Shown in pieces: positions 44,902 through 53,678 of a stretch of 64,000 nt of DNA. Source of the DNA: an uncultured bacterium (GTDB taxonomy: Bacteria > Babelota > Babeliae > Babelales > Vermiphilaceae); the NCBI GenBank assembly GCA_963707655.1, contig OY970172.1, positions 448,001-512,000 of the forward strand, given 5' to 3'. Position numbers and translations under genes: made by a program. A model generated the notes under the pieces. That model was not told the DNA's origin and did not search any database. It saw nothing but the letters and a program-made list of their open reading frames with translations. Numbering within the stretch: the first letter of the stretch is position 1; each line of letters opens with the position of its first letter.

Positions 44902-45291
44902 TTATGCAGCACCACAAGTAATCAAATACTTAACAGCATTGATTTTTTCTAATTCAATTGCGAATACCAATGGTCGTCGACCACCAACTTCTTGATTAAT
45001 GTTTGCGCCTAGGCGTATAGCTTCTTGTATGCCTTTAATAGAATCATTAACGATGGCTTCTAGTAAAAGATTTTGCGCTGACTTAAGATTTACAAGTTGT
45101 GCAATAATCATTGCTTTGGTGTGTGCAGGTACTGTTTGTGTGATGCTGAATGTGTTATTAGCATTTTTAGCGGAAATATGAAGCGATTGATCGCAATCAT
45201 TAACAATATCAATGGCTTGTTTTTGATTGTTAGCATAACTCGCTGTAGCGCTAAGAAGTAATATAGTTGAAAAAATATGCTTAATTTGCAT
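44902..45291 (-). CDS. Secreted protein with C-terminal ankyrin-like repeat
   Basis: ggagg RBS; IDIVNDCDQSLHI; LGANINQ..RPLVFAI....AVKYLITCGA. Confidence 0.75.
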   Translation of the reverse strand: MQIKHIFSTILLLSATASYANNQKQAIDIVNDCDQSLHISAKNANNTFSITQTVPAHTKAMIIAQLVNLKSAQNLLLEAIVNDSIKGIQEAIRLGANINQEVGGRRPLVFAIELEKINAVKYLITCGAA

Positions 45292-45744
45292 ATTGGCCTC
45301 CAAGATAATTAATATTAGTTGAATATAAAAACATCATAATATCAATTTAAATCACAATAAAAATTGTGTCAAACAAGAAATATAAAAAATAATTATACGC
45401 ATTTTAAAATTCAATATGAAACATTGCGGTCAGAAGGGGTTCCTTGGGGATTGGGTTCCTCAATAAATTATTAAAGAACATTGTAAACAACCCAACCGCA
45501 TGCTATATGACTTTGTTTCGCTTTTTCACCGAGTTTTATCACAATGCTTTCTCCCCCGTATTTTATCCTGGGTTACCGGTTTTTATAGCACATTGATCTT
45601 GTCCCCTGCCTCAGTGAAATCTGTTTCTTTAGCCCCATGAGGGGAAATGGGTACGGCAAACCGTTGAGACTTCTTGCCAGATTGTAATATAATTAAGGTA
45701 TAAAGCTTAAATTAAACATTTTTATATGAGTCAGGATATTACTT

Positions 45745-46314
45745 ATGAAGAAATTATTATTAATTATTCTTTACGTTGCGCCATTATTTGGAAAACAACT
45801 TGAAATAGGGCAAGAAGTTGTTGCTCAATTGAAGCAAGATGTTGAGTATGCAGAAGATTATGCACGGTTAAATCCAGATCCAACTGCTAGCCACAGAAGC
45901 GAAGTGCAAAAAATACAACAGCAGATACAGGCATTACAAACGCAACAAAATAGGAAAAAAAAGACAAAAGCGCCGAGCCCTGTGTCGACATACGCTACTG
46001 AGCAAGCACTGATCACAGCTCATGAGCAAAAAATAGTTAAATTACAACAGCAATTTGATCAACAAATGAATGCATTGAAGCAGCAAAATGAACGCGAAAT
46101 GACAACCTATAAACAGCAACAGGGTGCTCTGCAAAAGCAAGAAGAAGATTATAAAACGCAACTGGAAGCTTTGCAGAAAAGGATTGAAGAGCTTGACGCA
46201 GAATTCGCTGAAAAGAAGCATGCATTCGAAACCGCTCAGGCAGCTGTAAAAAAAGCAAAAGAAGCATATAATGAAGCGCTTAAAAAATATCATATTAACG
46301 CTCCAACCTTGTAA
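45745..46314 (+). CDS. Secreted coiled-coil protein
   Basis: MKKLLLIIL signal peptide, Q/K/E-rich heptads. Confidence 0.75.
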   Translation: MKKLLLIILYVAPLFGKQLEIGQEVVAQLKQDVEYAEDYARLNPDPTASHRSEVQKIQQQIQALQTQQNRKKKTKAPSPVSTYATEQALITAHEQKIVKLQQQFDQQMNALKQQNEREMTTYKQQQGALQKQEEDYKTQLEALQKRIEELDAEFAEKKHAFETAQAAVKKAKEAYNEALKKYHINAPTL

Positions 46315-46390
46315 GCATAACATGGGCATCTTCACCGGCTGAGCGATGTTATCTTTTAAAGCATTGTGATCGAGAGTATATCGGCAAGCT

Positions 46391-47044
46391 TTAATCCTGC
46401 TTTTTCAGAAGATCATAGATTTCTTTCCTTGTTGCTACAAGAGCATACGGCTCTTTGGTGAATTTTTCAGCCAGCTGCAATGCAGAAAGGCCAATATGAT
46501 GCGCACGCTGAAAAGCCTGTATTTTTTCATCCGCTTCCACTTGCCCACAGCGACTTAAAAGGACGCAACCAACAACGCGAAGATTATCCGATTCAGCAGC
46601 TATTTCTTCTAATTTAATATCGCTCTCGGCAACATTAGATGCATAGCGGATCTTTTTCATTTTGTCGGCACCGGCGGCAAGTAATATTTTAACACATTCT
46701 AAATTGCCTTGATCAACCGCTTCTTGCAGCGGAGTATGATAGCTCGCCATTACTGTGTCATTAATTTGCTTTTTATACCTTGGGTAGTAGCGGTCAAAAT
46801 CACTAAGATTTTCTTTTGCTGCCAATTTGTGCTTTAACCACCAGGCACAATCTGCATGGGCTAAATATAAATAATCGGTTCTTATGGTGAGCTTTGGGCA
46901 GATGTAGGAGCCTACAGTGTATGCAATGGCGGAAAGATCGTTGCAGCAGCCGACCTCGATTGCCTCTGCTTCATGGTCATCCATAGCGAACAGTGGCATG
47001 GAGACAAATGTTGATAAGGCGAGTATTAAAAGATTTTTTTTCAT
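46391..47044 (-). CDS. Secreted ankyrin-repeat protein
   Basis: TPLQEAVDQGNLECVKILLAAGAD; signal ending LFA|MDD. Confidence 0.85.
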   Translation of the reverse strand: MKKNLLILALSTFVSMPLFAMDDHEAEAIEVGCCNDLSAIAYTVGSYICPKLTIRTDYLYLAHADCAWWLKHKLAAKENLSDFDRYYPRYKKQINDTVMASYHTPLQEAVDQGNLECVKILLAAGADKMKKIRYASNVAESDIKLEEIAAESDNLRVVGCVLLSRCGQVEADEKIQAFQRAHHIGLSALQLAEKFTKEPYALVATRKEIYDLLKKQD

Positions 47045-47086
47045 GAATCTTCCTTTGAAAAAATGATAGCTTAATTTGCGCTCAAT

Positions 47087-47115
47087 GGTACTATAAATCT
47101 CTTTTTCTGCCTAGC
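47087..47115. repeat. 29-bp direct repeat, copy 2
   Basis: ggtactataaatctctttttctgcctagc. Confidence 0.8.
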
Positions 47116-47134
47116 AAATTTCCTTATCAAAAAG

Positions 47135-47164
47135 AGAAGAGGCACTGTTAATAGTGCCTCTTCT
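47135..47164 (-). terminator. Terminator after aquaporin gene
   Basis: agaagaggcact-gttaat-agtgcctcttct hairpin. Confidence 0.75.
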
Positions 47165-47192
47165 TTATACTGCGCGTTTAGTTTTTTGTTAT

Positions 47193-47806
47193 TTAGCGCT
47201 GACTTGCCGGCAGAAAATAATGATATGCCAAGGCTGCTAAATAGCCGCCTAAAAATGCACCGCCAACATACATCAGCAGATTCATCAACATAAGACCTTT
47301 GCCGCTTATCAGACCGAAAAATGCAGCGCCCAATGCTATGGCAGGATTAAATAATCCTCCTGAAATTGGCCCGCCCAGAGCCGCAAGCGCCGGAATGGTA
47401 AAGCCGATAGCAAGACCATATATATGGCTGGCATGTTTTGAAACCGCCACATTTAATATTACCGATGCTAAAACGAAAGCCAATAAAATTTCCACACCAA
47501 AAGCTTGTAGTAATGATGCGTGTGGTGCCGGAAGCGCCACATTGCCTTGTAAAAATGCAGCCATAAGAAATGCGCCAAGGCCGCCGCACACTTGTGCCGC
47601 TACGTAATGAGGAAACTCTTTCCATTTCAAATTCCCACTCAATGCGACCGCCAATGAGACCATAGGATTATAGTCGGCCCGGAAACATACCCGCCGATGT
47701 AGACCCATGCCATAAGCATTGCTGCTATTGCTATTGCATTGCCGGTCATGACAATGGTAAGCACAAAAAAGAATGTGCCGACACATTCCATTACTATTTT
47801 CTTCAT
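47193..47806 (-). CDS. Aquaporin/MIP channel, frameshift at ~47680
   Basis: ECVGTFFFV, SG.DYNPMVS, YVAAQVCG, ISGGLFNPA; aaggag RBS. Confidence 0.88.
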
Positions 47807-47986
47807 ACGTCTCCTTTTGAGATGGTGAAAAGATTTAATCAAAAAAATCTAATCATCAACCATTGTTCAAAGTCAACACTTTTACCAAGCATTTCAAGAA
47901 GCAGAAAACAATTTGACCCTCTCAACAAAAAAATGTTACGCTCACCCTTGAAAAGATGAGTAATAGAATCACCAAAGGATAATAGT

Positions 47987-48304
47987 ATGAAAAAAAGCAT
48001 CATAGTAGTCTCATTATTGACCTGCTCTATTGGTGCAATGGATACGGCCAAAACAGAAAAAACAACCCCGAAATCTTGCACAACAGGCACGCTGAACCAT
48101 GTATCCGGCAAGAATACTATCCAACAGACATCACTTCTTATTGCCGCCTTTGATGCTAAGCTTACGCATGTCCCTATGAAAAAAGATGAAAAGGGCAACT
48201 ACCTTGTCCCTCACTACAAGAATCCCAAGCAAATTTTGAGCATCGATCCGCAATTGGCAGACAAAGCAATAACGATCATATACCCCGATAGCCCGCGCAT
48301 ATAA
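47987..48304 (+). CDS. Hypothetical secreted protein
   Basis: aagga RBS; signal ending LLTCSIGA|MDT. Confidence 0.7.
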   Translation: MKKSIIVVSLLTCSIGAMDTAKTEKTTPKSCTTGTLNHVSGKNTIQQTSLLIAAFDAKLTHVPMKKDEKGNYLVPHYKNPKQILSIDPQLADKAITIIYPDSPRI

Positions 48305-48320
48305 CCCAAGGATAAATAAT

Positions 48321-49116
48321 ATGAAAAAAATTATCATAGTCATCTTATTGCTGACCTGCTCTATCGGTGCAATGGATGATAGCAGCGAACAAGAAATGGT
48401 TACCCTAGATTCCAATCCGGCAGAATTGACGAGTGAAACCCCCTGTCGTAGTATCAAATACATTTCATTTCTCTATGGAATTATGACGCATAGTGTGGAA
48501 AAAGGTGTTGTGGCTCAGACCCTTGCTATTCCACATTACTATGATGGCCAGAAACGCGTGACCATCACCTTGCCTGAGGTGGGACACATATTACTCGCAC
48601 ACCATTATAATGAAACCCTAACAGCTGCCTACCTCGCAGCTTGCTTTGTCTCACCAGTACGCATGCGCGGCGATTACCTCCCCCTTTTTAGACACAATGG
48701 AAAAAAACAATGAACAGAAGAATATCATTGAACGCTACAAAGCTCGCTATGCTTATTGGGATACACACAGCGAAGCCACTCTGTTGGCTGCGCACGCCGT
48801 GTTTAACGAGTGGACGGAAAATGCTGCGAGGCCGAATGAACTAAACGCCATTAATGGCTATCGCTATCCTTCTAACATGAGAAAACTACCAAGATTAATC
48901 GCGAAATTACAAGGGCAGGCGCATGAAAATAAACCGATAGATACGATCATGGAAACTTTTGATAGCATAAACAAATTCAGCGACTACGAATTTGCACGAT
49001 ATAACCCCTTGGATGAGGGGAAATATGACATAGCGACTATCAAACAACGCGTACGCCATGAGTTAGCAAAAAAAATTAACCCTTCAAATAACAACGCCTG
49101 CTGCACTATTCTTTAA
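48321..49116 (+). CDS. Hypothetical secreted protein, probably one gene split by a frameshift near 48680
   Basis: Signal ending LLTCSIGA|MDD; ORFs 48321..48713 and 48646..49116 overlap across a C5/T5 run. Confidence 0.55.
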
Positions 49117-49124
49117 AAGGTTGA

Positions 49125-49589
49125 TCAAATCACACATCCTTCGCTGCGCAACAATTGTATCTTTTTTTCAATACCGCCGGTATAGCCACCCAAAGCACCA
49201 TTTTTGCGCATAATGCGGTGACAGGGAATAAAAGAAGGAATTTGATTATCACCGAGCGCATTTGCCACGGCGCGCCATGCATTTGGGCGCCCTACCGCAT
49301 GTGCTAATTCTTGATACGTGATTGTCTTACCGACCGGTATGGCAAGCGTCTTGTGCCATACTTGTATCTGAAACTGCGTGCCTACCAACACCACCTGTGT
49401 TATAGCAGCCGTTGCAAACGGAATTGTTTCTTCCAACGCAGTATTATCGATAAATACGGCACGATGCACGCCCAGCGTGGTGGCAAAAACGTGTAAGATT
49501 CCTGCGGCAGTTTGATAGTAATAAGAAAAAACTTTATTGCGCTGTAGATGACGCTCAAATTCTTGGGCGGTAAATACACTAATATTCAT
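49125..49589 (-). CDS. ogt: Methylated-DNA--protein-cysteine methyltransferase
   Basis: GTQFQIQVW..IPVGKTITY..RAVANA..IPCHRI. Confidence 0.92.
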   Translation of the reverse strand: MNISVFTAQEFERHLQRNKVFSYYYQTAAGILHVFATTLGVHRAVFIDNTALEETIPFATAAITQVVLVGTQFQIQVWHKTLAIPVGKTITYQELAHAVGRPNAWRAVANALGDNQIPSFIPCHRIMRKNGALGGYTGGIEKKIQLLRSEGCVI

Positions 49590-49766
49590 AAATATAAATC
49601 CTCACTCGCCTCGCGCGCCTTCCGGCATAAAAAATGTATAAAACATTCACGCTCTTATTTTAACACAAAAAGCCGCTTCATAACACGAACAATTTACAAA
49701 ACAAGACACATCTCTTACACTTAATCTAAACTACTTTTACCCCCATAAATAATGCATTAAAAAACT

Positions 49767-51597
49767 ATGGATTTGAAAAAGATCGACCTTAAAGAATTCA
49801 CCCCGGACCGTGCAGAAATTTTTCTATTATTGCCCATATCGATCATGGCAAATCAACGCTATCTGACCGCTTCTTGAAGTGACCGGCACCCTTATCCGAT
49901 CGCGTAAAACATGAACAGTTTCTTGATAAACTGCAGGTGGAAAAAGAGCGCGGCATTACCGTAAAAGCACAAACTGCCTCAATGTTTTATGAGTATAAAG
50001 GCGTAACCTATCTTCTAAATTTGATTGATACTCCCGGCCACGTTGATTTCAGCTATGAAGTTTCTCGCTCACTCTATGCCTGCCAAGGAGCATTGCTTCT
50101 GGTGGATGCAGCTCAGGGAGTGCAGGCACAAACCATGGCAAATTTTTATCTTGCATTTGATCAAGATCTAACCATTATTCCGGTTATTAATAAAATTGAT
50201 ATGGCCAATGCGCAGATCCAGAACGAGTTACTAAGCAGATTGAAAACTTATTTGATTTTCAAGCCAGAAGAAGATTGCTCAAGCTTCGGCAAAAACTGGC
50301 ATTGGCATGCATGAAATTTTAAAGCAGTTATCAAACGAATTCCTGCACCAAAAGGCAACCTGCAAGCACCACTTAAAGCACTGCTTTTTGATTCATGGTT
50401 TGATGAATATCGCGGCGTTATCTGTTTGATTGCGATGCAAAGATGGCATCATTAAAAAAGGTGACATAATTACCCTTGCGCAAATGACAAGTGAACTATG
50501 AAGTGCTTGAACTTGGTCTAATGTATCCTGATGAAGCACCCATGGATGCACTGTATGCGGGCCAAGTTGGTTACTTGATTACCGGCATGAAAACGGTAAA
50601 AGAAGCACGTGTTGGTGATACCTATATATCATACCAAAAAACCGGTCACGCCATTTCCTGGATTTAAACCAGCAAAGCCGATGGTATTTGCCGGTATTTA
50701 TCCCGTAGAAAATTCAGAATTTGAACTATTGCGCGATGCAATTGAAAAATTAACACTCAATGATGCAAGCGTAACTGTTGAAAAGAAAACATCTGCTGCA
50801 CTTGGTCTTGGTTTCCGATGTGGATTTTTGGGATTGTTGCACATGGATGTATTCAAACAACGTCTTGAACAAGAATATAATATTACGGTTATTGCAACCG
50901 CACCAAGCGTACTATATAAAGTAAAATTGACCACATACAGGTGAAATAGTTGATATTGAAAACCCATCAGATTTTCCTGAGCCAAATCAAATCGAAGAAA
51001 TTTTTGAACCGATTATCAATGCCACCATTATTGTACCAAAACAATATTTGGGCAATATTATTAAGCTGTGTGAAGAAAAGCGTGGCAAACAAATTGATAT
51101 GAGCTATCTTGATGAAGATCGCGTTATCTTGAAATACAAACTTCCACTCAATGAAGTTGCTACCGATTTTTATGATCAACTCAAATCGCTCAGTTCCGGA
51201 TATGCAAGCTTTGATTATGAAGAAGCAGGCTATCGAACCGGCAGATTTGGTTAAAATGGATATTTTGCTCAATGGTAAAGCAGTTGATGCACTTTCATGC
51301 TATTGTGCATGAAGATAAAGCATATTATATTGGCCGAGATTTTGCCGAACGTCTTGCGAAAAGCTAATTCCGCGCCAACTTTTTGAAGTTGCCATTCAAG
51401 CAGCTATTGGCGCAAAAATTATTGCGCGCGAAAGCATTTCTGCCTTGCGCAAAGACGTAACGGCAAAATGTTATGGCGGTGATATTTCCCGTAAACGTAA
51501 ATTGCTTGAAAAACAAAAAGAAGGTAAAAAGCGAATGAAACAAGTGGGCAATGTTGAAGTTCCACAAGAAGCATTTTTGAGCATTTTGAAAAAATAA
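49767..51597 (+). pseudogene. lepA: Elongation factor 4 (LepA/GUF1) broken by many frameshifts (pseudogene or assembly errors)
   Basis: [50 protein letters not shown] and [24 protein letters not shown] occur in shifting frames. Confidence 0.85.
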
Positions 51598-51776
51598 ATG
51601 AGCATCCATACGAAATATGTTTTTCCTGCTTGAGTAACATTGATAAGTGCCCACTATGTAGGGGGAAATTTAAAGTAATTGGCACACGCTGCATGTTTAC
51701 TGCACGATTATTGATACAGAGACTACACCGTCATTTAAAATGAGCCATTTTTAAATAATTTTTAAAAGAGGTAAAC

Positions 51777-52595
51777 GTGAAAATACACATCTCACTACTC
51801 TTGCTACTGGCCTGCATGATGCAACAATACAGTTACAACATGGAGGAAGATTTCTCTGATGACAATTATTCAGATTCAAGCGATATCGCCGCAATGGAAC
51901 AGATTTGGGAAAACCTGCCACTAAATTTTTTATTGCCGATATTGCCACATCTGAAGCCATTAGAGCAAAGGAGTACTGTTGATGAAGCGTGGCGCACCGT
52001 ATCGCCGTTTCCCGTTTTAAAAACCAAATATTTTGAAGCGCTCTGTGACCCAGCATGCTACATAAGCGAAGATGATGACGAAATTCGCCGCAACATTGCT
52101 GCCGCTCTTTGTGTGGACGTATCTCCCAACCATCCATTCATGCACCATTATTTTGTGCATTTCATACAGAAGAGTGATTACGATCTCATAAAGCTGATGC
52201 TTTACAAAAAAGTAAATCCTTGTTGCAAAGCAGGTCCCAGCCATGCGCTCTGCTCTGCACAAACAGTACAAATGGCTCAATTATTAGTAGACCAAGGTGC
52301 CGATTGCAACGCCACCAATGAATGTGGCAATCTCATACACAATACCCTCATGAACTCATTCGAACCAAGACTAATTGGTTATTATGCGGCCACAGGAGTA
52401 AGCTTTGAGCATAGAAACAAAGACGGACTCACCCCATTAGATTATTTCTGTCGAAAATCTATGTACACCAGCAAACTTACCAAAAAGTATATTAAGGCAT
52501 TTTTGAACGCAGGAATAACTGAAGAACAAATAGCCGATGGATTTGGACCCTTACCAGAAACGTGGCAAGAAGTTGAACCACGAGATTGGCGATAA
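51777..52595 (+). CDS. Secreted ankyrin-like repeat protein
   Basis: AQLLVDQGADCNATNECG and NKDGLTPLDY; agagg RBS, GTG start. Confidence 0.75.
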   Translation: MKIHISLLLLLACMMQQYSYNMEEDFSDDNYSDSSDIAAMEQIWENLPLNFLLPILPHLKPLEQRSTVDEAWRTVSPFPVLKTKYFEALCDPACYISEDDDEIRRNIAAALCVDVSPNHPFMHHYFVHFIQKSDYDLIKLMLYKKVNPCCKAGPSHALCSAQTVQMAQLLVDQGADCNATNECGNLIHNTLMNSFEPRLIGYYAATGVSFEHRNKDGLTPLDYFCRKSMYTSKLTKKYIKAFLNAGITEEQIADGFGPLPETWQEVEPRDWR

Positions 52596-52609
52596 AGAAG
52601 ATATACTGC

Positions 52610-53554
52610 ATGATTAATAAAAAACAGATACTTTTTTTTGGCATTTTTGTTGCTCCCATACTATTTTTAACCCTTGTACGCACGAATATAGATTATGAAC
52701 AGCACACAAAGCCATATATTCTCTGCACCACCAGTATAATTGGGGATACGGTACAACAGCTGGTTGGCGATACGGTTGAAATACACACCCTGATGGGACC
52801 GGGCATTGATCCTCATTTATATAAAGCGCGCGAAGGAGATGTGCACCGCTTGGCCCGTGCGAACATTATTTTTTATAATGGATTGCATCTTGAAGGTAAG
52901 ATGGCGCATATACTTCACCAGATGAATAGTTACACTGCCAGCATTGCCGTTGCTGATGCTCTTGATGCACAAGATCTTCTGGACGCAGGAATTGAAGGCA
53001 TTCACGATCCCCATATCTGGCACGATGTTATACTCTGGATAAAGGTAGTGAAACATATCACCAGCATTTTATGTGCCAAAATACCACAGCATGCGCAATT
53101 GTATCAAAACAATGCGCATGCATTGTGCACACAGCTGCAAGAATTGGATCATTATATTAAAAATAAAATTGCCACGATTGCTGAAAATAAGCGTATTTTA
53201 GTCACCGCCCATGATGCATTTAGTTATTTTGGCAAGCGTTATGGCATGAGCGTAGTCGGGTTGCAAGGAGTCAGCACCGATGCGGAAATCAGCGCCGGCG
53301 ATGTGCAAAATCTGGTAGATTATCTGGTTGAACAACAACTTCATGCGATTTTTATTGAGTCATCGATCCCGCAACGCAGTATTGAAGCGGTGCACAATGC
53401 CGCTACTGCACGCAATTGGTACGTAACTATTGGGGAAGAGCTCTATTCAGACGCCCTAGGGGATGCACACAGTGATGCTCATAATTATGGCACTATGATA
53501 AAACATAATGTTGACGCGTTGACACAAGCCTTGGCAGCAAACACTCCCTTCTAA
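52610..53554 (+). CDS. troA: Mn/Zn/Fe ABC transporter substrate-binding protein
   Basis: MGPGIDPHLY, YNGLHLEG, DPHIW, TAHDAFSYFG, ELYSDALG. Confidence 0.92.
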   Translation: MINKKQILFFGIFVAPILFLTLVRTNIDYEQHTKPYILCTTSIIGDTVQQLVGDTVEIHTLMGPGIDPHLYKAREGDVHRLARANIIFYNGLHLEGKMAHILHQMNSYTASIAVADALDAQDLLDAGIEGIHDPHIWHDVILWIKVVKHITSILCAKIPQHAQLYQNNAHALCTQLQELDHYIKNKIATIAENKRILVTAHDAFSYFGKRYGMSVVGLQGVSTDAEISAGDVQNLVDYLVEQQLHAIFIESSIPQRSIEAVHNAATARNWYVTIGEELYSDALGDAHSDAHNYGTMIKHNVDALTQALAANTPF

Positions 53555-53678
53555 TCATGTATCATGCGTGCGCCCTGCGCGCCCTGGGTAATCTGTTGCG
53601 CGCAACTCGTCTGTTTATGTACATTGAATAGTAATGGAATAATTCAGGTTGCTGAGTAAGCATTAAAAAGGGGACCAT

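Noticed and set aside
45304..45744. 440-bp intergenic region with short inverted repeats as a possible ncRNA or riboswitch
   Set aside because: No recognisable family motif; adequately explained as a divergent promoter region.
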